Positions 20,825 through 30,809 of a stretch of DNA of 64,000 nt are shown piece by piece (the stretch's first letter is position 1; every line of letters begins with the position of its first letter). Location: IMG/VR virus record IMGVR_UViG_3300025389_001063; one strand, written 5' to 3'. A model generated the notes under the pieces. It worked only from the letters and a program-made list of their open reading frames with translations, was not told where the DNA came from and made no database searches. A program made the translations under genes and the position numbers. This stretch comes from a virus. Lineage: Duplodnaviria > Caudoviricetes.

Positions 20825-23800
20825 ATGACATTAAATTCACCCGGCGTAGAGGTGCAAGTAATTGACGAAAGTTTTTACGTTCCAAATGGCCCATCTACAA
20901 CTCCACTCATTGTAGTAGCATCTGCCTCAAATAAACCAAATGGCAGCAAAACAGGCATTGCACCTGGAACGCTCGATGCGAATGCCGGAAAACTTTGGCT
21001 AATAACTAGTCAGAGAGATTTAGTTTCTACATTTGGTACTCCTCTTTTTTATCAAGATCCAGATTCAAATCCAATACACGGTGGCGAACTTAATGAATAT
21101 GGTTTACAAGCAGCATATAGTTTCTTAGGAATTGCTAATTCAGCATATGTTATTCGTGCAGATATTGATCTTACTCAACTTGTTGCACAGTACGAAGAGC
21201 CAGGTGCTTATCCAAATTCCGGAACATACTGGTTAGATACAGCAAATACTAGACTTGGTATCTTCCAATGGGACGGTGACCGTTCAACTGTTCCTGGTGG
21301 ACAAAAGTTTACAAATCAAATTCCAATGATCATTACAGATCCAACAATGCTTGATTATTCTAATGCAGAACTTACTTATAGTCCACCATTAGGATCAATT
21401 GGTTCTGCAGGAGAATATGCACTTGTTTCAGTAACTAATATTAATAGACTATTCTTTAAAAATCGTGCAGGAACTTGGGTTGAAGTTGGTTCTAACGATT
21501 GGGCTGCAAGTTGGCCAACAATTAAAGGATCAAAAGTAAATCCATCTGTTGTAAGTGGTAGCAGCATGATTATTAATGGTGTTGAAGTTCAGGCGAATTC
21601 AACTTTACTCACTGATTTAGCTGATCGAATCACCAATGCAGGTATTAGAGGTGTAAGTGCAGCAGTAGTTGATTATCAGTTAGAAATTTACGGCAACGGT
21701 GCTGTTGACAGTCCTCAATTAGACAGTACTCAATCAAATGCTATTGTTATTGCAGCAGGTACTGGAAACTTAGTATCACTTTCACAAAGCGATAGTAGTG
21801 TAGGTATTGCTATAGGAACATATTATGGTCCTTATATGCAAATTAGTCCACATACAACTGTTCCTCGCTTTAAATCAAGTGATCCTGCTCCTCGTCCAAC
21901 AGGTTCTGTATGGATTAAAACAACAGATGTTAATTTAGGCGCTCGTTGGAGAGTTAAAGTATGGAATAGTAATACAGAAGCATGGGATCCAGTAGCAGCA
22001 CCTTTATATTCAAGTGTTGAAGATGCAACATTCGAATTAGACGGAGTAGGCGGCGGAAAGAATCTTGCAACAGGAACAGTTTTTGTACAATATGACTTTG
22101 ATGAAAGTTATGATATTGGAACAATGCCACGTGTTGCAGATTTTAAAATTTGGAGAAGAACAGTTCCTTCCCCAACACAGATTGTATCAGTTCCTATTAC
22201 AGCATCTACATTTATTAATGGTACTCAATATAAGTTCTTACTTGCTGAAACACAAGCAGGTGTTCCGGGATTACAAGCATTTAAAACAATTGAATTTACA
22301 GCACACGGTGCTCCACAAGATTCTCAGTTTTTTGCCAATGCAATTAATTCTGCAGGCTCTGTAATAGTTAACGGACAATCACAGGGTGCTTTTAAATATA
22401 TTGTAGCAACTGTTGATTCTTATAACAGAGTAGTTATTACTCATAAAATTGGTGGAGACATGAGATTAAGAGAAGGTCTTAATACTCCTTTACTTCATAT
22501 AGGCTTCACACCTTGGAATAACAGTACAGCACTAGGAACAGCAAATCTATACCAAGATCCAAACGATCCTATTGTTGGAACACCAATTCCGGGTATTATT
22601 CCAACAGAATACTATCCTACAAACTGGTTTATTGCTACAAATTGGAAGCCACTAATTTATACTGCTAGTGATATGGCTCCACAGAATTTACCTGCAAACG
22701 GTCGTTTATGGTATAATTCAATACTAGATCAAGTTGATATAATGATTCACAATGGTCTAAAATGGGTAGGTTATTTGGATCATACATCACCTTACTATAA
22801 TATTGATCCTGATTTCCAAACAGATCCTAATGGTCCAATTATTATGTCAACAAAGCCAACTACACAAAGTGATGGATCTACATTAAGAAATGGTGATATT
22901 TGGATTGATACTAGCGATCTTGAGCATTATCCATCAATGTATAGATGGGATGGATTTAATTTAGTTTGGACACCTGTTGATAATACAGATCAAACAACTG
23001 AACTTGGTATTGTATTTGCTGATGCAAGATATAATACATCAGGAGCAAATAGTAATTTACCAGGGGCAATTACTGATCTCTTAACAAGTAACTTTGTTGA
23101 TTTTGATGCTCCAGATCCTTTACTTTATCCACGTGGAATAATGTTATTCAATACACGTAGAAGTGGATTTAATGTTAAGAAATTTTCTCTTAATCACATT
23201 AATCCTAATACAGATAACATTCGTTTTTACGGTGAGAGCATGGATACTTATTACCCACATCGTTGGGTCAATGCAAGTGGCAATGCTGAAAATGGTGCAG
23301 GACTCTTTGGTCGTAAGGCACAACGCAAAGTTGTAGTTAAAGCACTTAAATCAATGATTGACACTAATCAACCAATACGTGATTGGGAAAGAAATACATT
23401 TACGTTAATTGCTTGCCCAGGTTATTGTGAGACTATTGCTAATATGAGAGTTCTAAACTTAGATCGTAGAGAGCATAGTTTCATTATCGGTGATAGTCCA
23501 TTTAGACTTACATCAGACGCAACAAGCTTATCTAATTGGGGATCAAATGTTAATCTTGCATTAGATAACGGCGACGACGGATTAATAACATACTACGAAT
23601 ATTTGGCTGTTTATTATCCATCAGGATACACTACTGATAATCTCGGTAATAACATTGTTGTTCCGCCAAGTCATATGGTTCTTAAGACTATAGCACTTAG
23701 TGACGCTGTTAGTTATCCATGGTTTGCACCAGCAGGTATACGTAGAGGAGGCGTTACAAATGCAACTGCAATCGGATATATTAATTCTCAAACTGGTGAA

Positions 23801-24262
23801 TTCCAGAGTATTGCATTAAACGAAGGTCAAAGAGATGCATTGTATAATGTTAGTGTAAACCCAATAACATTCTTAACAAGTGCAGGTATAACAATCTTTG
23901 GTCAGAAGACACGTTATGCAGCAGCAAGTTCACTTGATAGAGTTAATGTAGCTAGACTTGTTGTTTATCTAAGAGGTCGACTTGATATATTGTGCAAACC
24001 ATACATCTTTGAACCAAACGATAAGATAACAAGAGATGAAATTAAGGCATCTGCAGATAGTTTAATGCTAGAGCTTGTAGGTCAGAGAGCAATCTATGAC
24101 TTCTTAGTTGTATGTGATGAAACAAATAATACGCCAACTAGAATCGATCGTAATGAACTTTGGTTAGACATTGCTATTGAACCAGTTAAGGCAATCGAGT
24201 TCATCTATATACCACTTAGATTAAAGAATACAGGATCAATTGCTGGGTTATTAACTGCCTAA
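20825..24262 (+). CDS. gp18: Contractile tail sheath protein, enlarged (1145 aa)
   Basis: SPGVEVQVIDES N-terminus; PWFAPAGIRRG, VNPI, GQKT, RVNVARL, FEPND, DETNNTP..IDRNEL..DIAIEP C-terminus. Confidence 0.92.
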   Translation: MTLNSPGVEVQVIDESFYVPNGPSTTPLIVVASASNKPNGSKTGIAPGTLDANAGKLWLITSQRDLVSTFGTPLFYQDPDSNPIHGGELNEYGLQAAYSFLGIANSAYVIRADIDLTQLVAQYEEPGAYPNSGTYWLDTANTRLGIFQWDGDRSTVPGGQKFTNQIPMIITDPTMLDYSNAELTYSPPLGSIGSAGEYALVSVTNINRLFFKNRAGTWVEVGSNDWAASWPTIKGSKVNPSVVSGSSMIINGVEVQANSTLLTDLADRITNAGIRGVSAAVVDYQLEIYGNGAVDSPQLDSTQSNAIVIAAGTGNLVSLSQSDSSVGIAIGTYYGPYMQISPHTTVPRFKSSDPAPRPTGSVWIKTTDVNLGARWRVKVWNSNTEAWDPVAAPLYSSVEDATFELDGVGGGKNLATGTVFVQYDFDESYDIGTMPRVADFKIWRRTVPSPTQIVSVPITASTFINGTQYKFLLAETQAGVPGLQAFKTIEFTAHGAPQDSQFFANAINSAGSVIVNGQSQGAFKYIVATVDSYNRVVITHKIGGDMRLREGLNTPLLHIGFTPWNNSTALGTANLYQDPNDPIVGTPIPGIIPTEYYPTNWFIATNWKPLIYTASDMAPQNLPANGRLWYNSILDQVDIMIHNGLKWVGYLDHTSPYYNIDPDFQTDPNGPIIMSTKPTTQSDGSTLRNGDIWIDTSDLEHYPSMYRWDGFNLVWTPVDNTDQTTELGIVFADARYNTSGANSNLPGAITDLLTSNFVDFDAPDPLLYPRGIMLFNTRRSGFNVKKFSLNHINPNTDNIRFYGESMDTYYPHRWVNASGNAENGAGLFGRKAQRKVVVKALKSMIDTNQPIRDWERNTFTLIACPGYCETIANMRVLNLDRREHSFIIGDSPFRLTSDATSLSNWGSNVNLALDNGDDGLITYYEYLAVYYPSGYTTDNLGNNIVVPPSHMVLKTIALSDAVSYPWFAPAGIRRGGVTNATAIGYINSQTGEFQSIALNEGQRDALYNVSVNPITFLTSAGITIFGQKTRYAAASSLDRVNVARLVVYLRGRLDILCKPYIFEPNDKITRDEIKASADSLMLELVGQRAIYDFLVVCDETNNTPTRIDRNELWLDIAIEPVKAIEFIYIPLRLKNTGSIAGLLTA

Positions 24263-24320
24263 CCCAGCAATTTAACAAATGATTAAGGGAATAAATACAA
24301 AGAGAAATTAGGAGTCTAGG

Positions 24321-24950
24321 ATGGCAATTTCAACATTATCAAAATTTTCAGTGCCTCTAGCATCAAACGTGACAGCGCCTAACCAAACGCTTTTGATGCC
24401 AAAGCTACAGTATCGTTTTAGAGTTACTTTAGCTAACTTTGGAGGTCCAACACAAGTATCAACAGAACTAACAAAACAAGTTGTTGATGTAACTCGTCCA
24501 AACGTAACATTTGATGATATCACATTAGATACTTACAATAGCCGTGTTTATCTAGCAGGTAAACCAGCATGGGATCCAATTACACTCACAGTCCGTGAGG
24601 ATGCTGGCGGAGCAGTCCAGCAATTAGTTGGCGAACAGTTACAGAAACAATTTGATTTCTACGAACAAGCATCAGCTGCATCAGGTGTTGATTATAAGTT
24701 TGCACTGAGAATTGAAATACTTGACGGTGGTAATGGCGTTAATATTCCAAACGTTCTTGAAACAACTGAAATGTATGGTTGTTACATTCAAAATGCTAAC
24801 TACAATTCATTAGCATATACTACTAGCGATCCAGTTACAATCACACTTTCAATTAAATTTGATAACTGCATACAGACACCTTATGATAGAGCAGGTATTG
24901 GCGTACCTCTACTAAGAACATTTGGTGTACTATCAACAGGTGGCGGTTAA
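24321..24950 (+). CDS. gp19: Tail tube protein
   Basis: Directly after sheath; PKLQYRFRV, WDPITLTVRED, YGCYI, ITLSIKFD. Confidence 0.85.
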   Translation: MAISTLSKFSVPLASNVTAPNQTLLMPKLQYRFRVTLANFGGPTQVSTELTKQVVDVTRPNVTFDDITLDTYNSRVYLAGKPAWDPITLTVREDAGGAVQQLVGEQLQKQFDFYEQASAASGVDYKFALRIEILDGGNGVNIPNVLETTEMYGCYIQNANYNSLAYTTSDPVTITLSIKFDNCIQTPYDRAGIGVPLLRTFGVLSTGGG

Positions 24951-24981
24951 TAGTTAGTAATATCATCCTAGACAGTAAAAG

Positions 24982-25010
24982 AGACCAGTATAAAAACTGG
25001 TCTTTTTTAT
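24982..25010 (+). terminator. Intrinsic terminator after tail tube
   Basis: AGACCAGT-ataaaa-ACTGGTCT followed by T tract. Confidence 0.75.
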
Positions 25011-25025
25011 TGACTAAATACTTAC

Positions 25026-26426
25026 ATGTCGACTGATTTTACAATTGGATTAAATTTACGTGATTGGCAACATGCTGCAAGACTATATGTTGATGATACA
25101 TATAGATTAGCACCGAAGCCAAAATTTCTTCATTATGCTGTTTTTAATATAAATCAAAATGCTATTCCACAAGGAACACAATTTCAGCAACAGAGTCAAT
25201 TAGAATTAAATTATCTAGTTAAAAAGATGGATTTACCTAGATATACTTTAAATGTTGAAGAATTAAATCAATATAATCGAAAAACTAAAACTTATACAAG
25301 TATATCATATGATCCAGTTAAAATAACAATGCACGACGATAATATCGGCGTTACAAATAGTTTATGGGCACTTTACTACGGATATTATATTGCAGATAGA
25401 ATGAATATAGCATCTCCTTATACAGATACTAATCCACCTGCATATAAACCTCATACATACGACGGTAAAGATCAATGGTCTTATCGTTATGGTTTAGATA
25501 ATGATATTCAAGATCCATTTTTTAAGAGTGTTCAATTAATTACATTATCAAAACGTAAATTTACTAGTTACCTACTTTGTAATCCTAAAATTACATCATG
25601 GGAACATGATACAATGGATCAATCAGAAGGTAATGGTGTTGTAGAAAATAATATGACACTTGTATATGATGCTGTTATATATTCTAGTGGTGTTATTACA
25701 AATGATAATCCTACAGGATTTGCTGTTTTACATTATGATAATTCAATGAGTCCTCTCAATCTTCCTAATCAACTTCTTTTACAGTCAACAACATTTGGTG
25801 GTCTTGAAACAACTCCTGCAAACTTTTTTGAACCTCCTGCATTTAATCCATTAACTCCAGTAACTGCCGGAGTTTCTGGATTACAACAATTAGGTCTAGC
25901 TGCAACATCCTCTGGATTATTATCATACGGATCTGCATCTTATCTTAATCCTTTAGCATATGCAAATAGTGCAGTTACAACTAGTGGACTTCAAAGTTAT
26001 CTTTTTCCAACTGCTCAAACTGTATCTGCTGTTACTACTGGGACTACTAATACAGGATTAGCTACAGTTAGTGATTTAGGTAATACTATATTAACAGCAC
26101 CTGTTGATAATTCCATTTATAATTCACCTAGTGTTATTCAACAAGGGATTAACAGTCAATTTTCATCAGTAGGAATTAATGCTACTCCTGTAATTTCAGA
26201 CGTTTATTCTTCTTCATTACCTACAACAACATTAGCATCAACAGAATCTAAAATTTTTAATAGTTATAATAACGGTGTATCTGTTTCTGAAACTTCAGGT
26301 CCTGTAGATATAAGTTATTTCAATCAAGGTGATGCTGTTACTAGTAATAATATTTCAACATCAGAAATAATTAATAATAATCCACAACCATCTACAGCAG
26401 ATATTCCTGTAAATCCATTTGCATAA
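25026..26426 (+). CDS. Tail-tube-fold baseplate/tube initiator-like protein with Ser/Thr-rich tail
   Basis: DLPRYTL..EELNQYNRK, YDPVKITMHDD and L.NPKITSW.HD resemble the gp19/gp48/gp54 fold. Confidence 0.55.
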   Translation: MSTDFTIGLNLRDWQHAARLYVDDTYRLAPKPKFLHYAVFNINQNAIPQGTQFQQQSQLELNYLVKKMDLPRYTLNVEELNQYNRKTKTYTSISYDPVKITMHDDNIGVTNSLWALYYGYYIADRMNIASPYTDTNPPAYKPHTYDGKDQWSYRYGLDNDIQDPFFKSVQLITLSKRKFTSYLLCNPKITSWEHDTMDQSEGNGVVENNMTLVYDAVIYSSGVITNDNPTGFAVLHYDNSMSPLNLPNQLLLQSTTFGGLETTPANFFEPPAFNPLTPVTAGVSGLQQLGLAATSSGLLSYGSASYLNPLAYANSAVTTSGLQSYLFPTAQTVSAVTTGTTNTGLATVSDLGNTILTAPVDNSIYNSPSVIQQGINSQFSSVGINATPVISDVYSSSLPTTTLASTESKIFNSYNNGVSVSETSGPVDISYFNQGDAVTSNNISTSEIINNNPQPSTADIPVNPFA

Positions 26427-26435
26427 GGAAAAATA

Positions 26436-26819
26436 ATGTCTATTCAACCTATTTCAAATTTACCTCCAGTAAAATCTAAAGATAGTTCTGATGCTGGTAG
26501 AGTATATTTTAATACATATTATCAAACTAGTTATAATGTGTCTAGTGACGTATTAAATACATCTGTTGCATTTTTTACTAGTAGAGGATTTGATCAAACA
26601 GCGGCAGAATCTATTGCTACAGTTTTAATTTCACAAGCTAAAATACAAAATGTTAATGTTTTAAAATTTATTGATACATTAAAAACTCTTAACGGTGTTC
26701 AATTAAGTAATGTTGTTAAACAAATTTTAAATAATAACAGATTAAGAATAAGTACGTTAGGTACAAGATTTCATAATGTTGATAATATTAATTTTGAATT
26801 AAGGAATGTTTTACCTTAA
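26436..26819 (+). CDS. Hypothetical virion-module protein
   Basis: 127-aa ORF with SD, coupled to next gene. Confidence 0.55.
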   Translation: MSIQPISNLPPVKSKDSSDAGRVYFNTYYQTSYNVSSDVLNTSVAFFTSRGFDQTAAESIATVLISQAKIQNVNVLKFIDTLKTLNGVQLSNVVKQILNNNRLRISTLGTRFHNVDNINFELRNVLP

Positions 26820-27256
26820 TGGGAAGATTTGCTCAAGGAAAATTTGAACCTAAAAATCCAGAAAAATATGTAGGAACTAAAACTCCAAAGTACAGATCAG
26901 GATGGGAACATGTTTTTATGCAATTTTGTGATAACAATCCTGCAATAACACAATGGGCAAGCGAAGCAGTACAAATCCCTTATAGAGATCCAACAACCGG
27001 AAAACAAACAATTTATGTTCCAGATTTTTTTATTGTTTATCACGATAAAAGTGGTAAACAACATGCAGAGGTAGTAGAAATTAAACCAAGTAATCAACAA
27101 TTACTTGAAAAAGTTGGAAAAAATAAAGTAAATCAATTTCAATATATAAAGAATATGGCTAAATGGGAAGCAGCAAAGGCTTGGTGTAAACAACGAGGAA
27201 TAATCTTTCGAGTTATAAATGAAAACGATATTTTCCACAACGGAAAGAAAAAATAA
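26819..27256 (+). CDS. gp4: Head completion nuclease (T4 gp4-like)
   Basis: GKFEPKNPEKYVG..PKYRSGWE, YVPDF, VEIKP, KWEAAKAWC. Confidence 0.85.
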   Translation: MGRFAQGKFEPKNPEKYVGTKTPKYRSGWEHVFMQFCDNNPAITQWASEAVQIPYRDPTTGKQTIYVPDFFIVYHDKSGKQHAEVVEIKPSNQQLLEKVGKNKVNQFQYIKNMAKWEAAKAWCKQRGIIFRVINENDIFHNGKKK

Positions 27257-27267
27257 TAAGTAAGAAC

Positions 27268-27765
27268 ATGACTAAGAAACTTGAAGAGCTTTTAAACCTT
27301 CCCGAATACCAAGAGAGTGTTAAGGAAGTAGAACAAGAAATTAAGGTACAGGCTAAAGCAATAGCCAAGCAAGAAGAAATTGAACACACTATGCGTGAGT
27401 TTGATAAAATATCACAAGCATTACCTCCTGTAGAAGGTTTAGGACAGATAGCAGATAAAGAATTTGATGATCTTGCTGAAAAAGCAACTAAAGCATATGA
27501 CGATCTTATGGATCTCGGCATGAATGTTGAAACTCGTTATAGCGGTAAATTATTTGAAGTTGCTACTGCCATGCTTAAAAACGCTATTGATGCTAAAACA
27601 GCAAAGATGGAAAAAAAGTTAAGAATTGTAGAATTACAACTTAAAAAACAAAAGTTAGACCAGGATGCTCACGGAAGTGACGATAATGGACCCATTGATG
27701 TAACGGGATATGTAGTTACTGATCGCAATAGTCTACTTGAGAAACTTAAAAAAATGGATAAATAA
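27268..27765 (+). CDS. Probable terminase small subunit-like protein
   Basis: Helical protein with FEVATAMLKNAIDAK and DRNSLLEKL motifs; upstream of large terminase. Confidence 0.5.
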   Translation: MTKKLEELLNLPEYQESVKEVEQEIKVQAKAIAKQEEIEHTMREFDKISQALPPVEGLGQIADKEFDDLAEKATKAYDDLMDLGMNVETRYSGKLFEVATAMLKNAIDAKTAKMEKKLRIVELQLKKQKLDQDAHGSDDNGPIDVTGYVVTDRNSLLEKLKKMDK

Positions 27766-27781
27766 TTCATAGGAAATAACC

Positions 27782-28348
27782 ATGAAGAATCTAAAAGATT
27801 ATCTAACAGAGAGTAAGAAAACTTGGAATTTTAAGGTTAAGGTCGCAGGCGATCTTCCTGAAAAGTTTGAGTCTACTCTAAAAAATATATTAGCTAAGTG
27901 GGATGTAACAATAGGTGAAAAGACAACTACACCTATTCAAAAATTACCAATAGACTTTCCACAATTAGAAAATAGAGAAGTTCATATTTTTGAGATAACA
28001 GCAAATTATCCAGTAACTCCTCCAGAAATTATGCAAGAGATTCATGAAGCAGCTCTTATAAATCCAGAGTGCTTTGTTGTTCGTATTGCCGGTGAGCCAA
28101 CTGAAATGTATCAAGAACCTGCACCAGAAGGATATATTGTAAAATTAGAATCCGAACTTGAAAATCCATATGGCGATGTAGCACAGGATATGGTTGGTGA
28201 GAAAAGAATTTTAAGTCTATTTAAGGACTTAACAAGTTATAAAAATACTAAGCTAGACACTGAAATGAATAAACCATATAAATCAGATAGTGTTGATGCT
28301 CCATTAGGGAATCACAAATTGCCAGACTTGAGAGGTAAGAAAAAATGA
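27782..28348 (+). CDS. Hypothetical late protein (possible internal head protein)
   Basis: N-terminus MKNLKDYLTES; TAAATA promoter plus SD. Confidence 0.55.
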   Translation: MKNLKDYLTESKKTWNFKVKVAGDLPEKFESTLKNILAKWDVTIGEKTTTPIQKLPIDFPQLENREVHIFEITANYPVTPPEIMQEIHEAALINPECFVVRIAGEPTEMYQEPAPEGYIVKLESELENPYGDVAQDMVGEKRILSLFKDLTSYKNTKLDTEMNKPYKSDSVDAPLGNHKLPDLRGKKK

Positions 28349-29211
28349 GTGATATGAAAAAACTATTACAGATCTTCGAGTCTGATAAAAAGAGTAACAT
28401 TAACGAAGGCGTTAATGTAAGCATCAATGTTAGTGGTGATTCACCCTGCGACGTAGGTGAGGTATTGGCGAAGGTAACCAACCTCTCAAGCCCACGTCCA
28501 GTTACCCCTGACATGATGCCACCGGTATCATCCCCTCCTCCAATGCCAATGATGAAGGCTATTGACATTGTAGGTAAGGGAGATGGTCCAGCAGTTCCTC
28601 CAGCACCTCCAGGTGATATGGCACCACATACTGCTCCTGAAGCAATTGGACAATCAGTAATGATGCCTGATCCATCAGAAGCACCAACAGGTGGACCTTC
28701 AACAAGTTCACAAGTTGCTCCACCAGATATGGAAGAAGGCCCAAATCTAAATCAATTTGCTGGTCCTGATCATATAGATTGGGGAGACGACGATGAGGAA
28801 AGTGATCCAGACGAATTTGATCGTATGAGAGACGAGCCAGGCGATGTTGAAGATGAATGTGCAATTATGCCAACTTCTGATAACCCAGGTGTTATACAAC
28901 CTCCAGTTGCTAAAGACGATAATAAAAGTCTAACTGCTAATAGCAGTTTCAAAGAAATACACGATCGTCTAAAAGCAATCGATCAAGCACTATCAAGCAA
29001 AAATAAAGAATATGGTAGTGAAAAAGACGAAAGCTATCAGAATGAGCCAGATCCAAAATATAGTGATATTGAATATATGACTAAGGATCTTGCTGGTGGT
29101 TTAAACAAGCCAAAGACAATGTATCCAAAAAGCTATAAGCAAGGCGACAGCCCAATGGCTATGGAAAATACTATTATGTCTGAATGGGAAAAGTTTAAAC
29201 TCGGTGAATAA
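28345..29211 (+). CDS. Pro/acidic low-complexity late protein
   Basis: 288-aa ORF coupled to upstream gene; Pro- and Asp/Glu-rich. Confidence 0.55.
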   Translation: MSDMKKLLQIFESDKKSNINEGVNVSINVSGDSPCDVGEVLAKVTNLSSPRPVTPDMMPPVSSPPPMPMMKAIDIVGKGDGPAVPPAPPGDMAPHTAPEAIGQSVMMPDPSEAPTGGPSTSSQVAPPDMEEGPNLNQFAGPDHIDWGDDDEESDPDEFDRMRDEPGDVEDECAIMPTSDNPGVIQPPVAKDDNKSLTANSSFKEIHDRLKAIDQALSSKNKEYGSEKDESYQNEPDPKYSDIEYMTKDLAGGLNKPKTMYPKSYKQGDSPMAMENTIMSEWEKFKLGE

Positions 29212-29227
29212 TATCCATAAATAATTC

Positions 29228-30796
29228 ATGAGTAAATCTCTTGACGGCGTTCTTACGAAAAAAGCAAATAAAAAAGAACGCTACACTGAGAAACAAATTG
29301 AAGAAATAGCAGCATGTATGGATCCGGTAACGGGTCCACACTATTTCATGGAAAATTTCTTTTATATACAACATCCTGTTAAAGGTAAGTTAGTATTCGA
29401 ACCTTTTGACTATCAAACAAGATTAGTTGACAGTTATCACAATCACAGATTTAATATTAATTTGCTTCCACGCCAGAGTGGTAAGACAACTACTGCGGCT
29501 GGATACTTATTATGGTACGCAATGTTTACTCCAGACGCAACAATACTAATTGCTGCTCACAAATATACCGGATCACAAGAAATCATGCAGCGTGTTCGCT
29601 ATGCTTATGAACTCTGTCCTGATCATATACGTTGTGGTGTTATATCATATAATAAAGGTAGTATAGAATTTGATAATGGTAGTAGAATTGTTTCAGCAAC
29701 TACTACATCAAACACAGGGCGTGGTATGTCTATATCTCTCCTATACTGCGATGAGTTTGCGTTCGTTGCTCCTACTATTGCTAATGAGTTTTGGACTTCA
29801 ATATCTCCTACATTATCAACTGGTGGTCGAGCAATTATTACATCAACACCTAATTCAGATGAAGATCAATTTGCTCTAATATGGACCGAAGCAAATAATA
29901 AGTTTGACGAGTTTGGCAATGAAAGAGAATTAGGTATAAACGGATTTTATCCATATAAAGCACACTGGTCTGAACATCCTGATCGCGACGAAGTATGGAT
30001 GCAGGAAGAATTAGGACGAATTGGTGAAGAACGTTTTAGGCGCGAATACGAATGTGAATTCTTAGTATTTGATGAAACACTTATTAGTTCAGTTTGTTTA
30101 GCAGAAATGCAAGGAATTGAGCCTAAAGAAAAAACAGGTCAAGTTAGATGGTATGATAAAATTAAACCAGAATTAACTTATCTTGTTGCATTAGATCCTG
30201 CTACAGGAACAGGCGGAGACTATGCTGCTATAGAAATATTTGAATTGCCAACATTTAAACAAATAGGAGAATGGCATCACAATACAACTCCTGTTAGCCA
30301 ACAAATTCGCCTATTAAGAGATATCACAACATATATTCGATCACAAGGTGAACCTACTGTTTATTATAGTTGTGAAAATAATGCTATAGGTGAAGCATGT
30401 TTAACTTCTATTAAAGATCTAGGAGAAGAACATATTCCTGGATTATTCTTAAGTGAACCTATACGTAAAGGACATGTTAGAAGATTTCGTAAAGGATTTA
30501 ATACTACCCACAAGACCAAAATGGCTGCGGGTGTAAAACTCAAACATCTTATAGAAACACGTAAGATGATCATTTATAGTAAACCATTAATTTCAGAACT
30601 TAAGACATATGTAGCAAGTGGAATAGGTTTTAGAGCTAAAGTTGGGGAACATGACGATTTAGTTTCTGCTTGTTTACTTGTTTGTAGAATGGCAGCAGTT
30701 CTAGCAGACTTTGATCCTGCAATATATCAAAGTATTAGTGACAGACTTGATGAAGACCAGTTGCCCATGCCGATATACATCAGCAGTTACTTTTGA
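29228..30796 (+). CDS. gp17: Terminase large subunit
   Basis: PRQSGKTT Walker A, LLYCDEFAF Walker B, ALDPATG and HDDLV nuclease motifs. Confidence 0.95.
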   Translation: MSKSLDGVLTKKANKKERYTEKQIEEIAACMDPVTGPHYFMENFFYIQHPVKGKLVFEPFDYQTRLVDSYHNHRFNINLLPRQSGKTTTAAGYLLWYAMFTPDATILIAAHKYTGSQEIMQRVRYAYELCPDHIRCGVISYNKGSIEFDNGSRIVSATTTSNTGRGMSISLLYCDEFAFVAPTIANEFWTSISPTLSTGGRAIITSTPNSDEDQFALIWTEANNKFDEFGNERELGINGFYPYKAHWSEHPDRDEVWMQEELGRIGEERFRREYECEFLVFDETLISSVCLAEMQGIEPKEKTGQVRWYDKIKPELTYLVALDPATGTGGDYAAIEIFELPTFKQIGEWHHNTTPVSQQIRLLRDITTYIRSQGEPTVYYSCENNAIGEACLTSIKDLGEEHIPGLFLSEPIRKGHVRRFRKGFNTTHKTKMAAGVKLKHLIETRKMIIYSKPLISELKTYVASGIGFRAKVGEHDDLVSACLLVCRMAAVLADFDPAIYQSISDRLDEDQLPMPIYISSYF

Positions 30797-30809
30797 TAAA
30801 TAACATACT

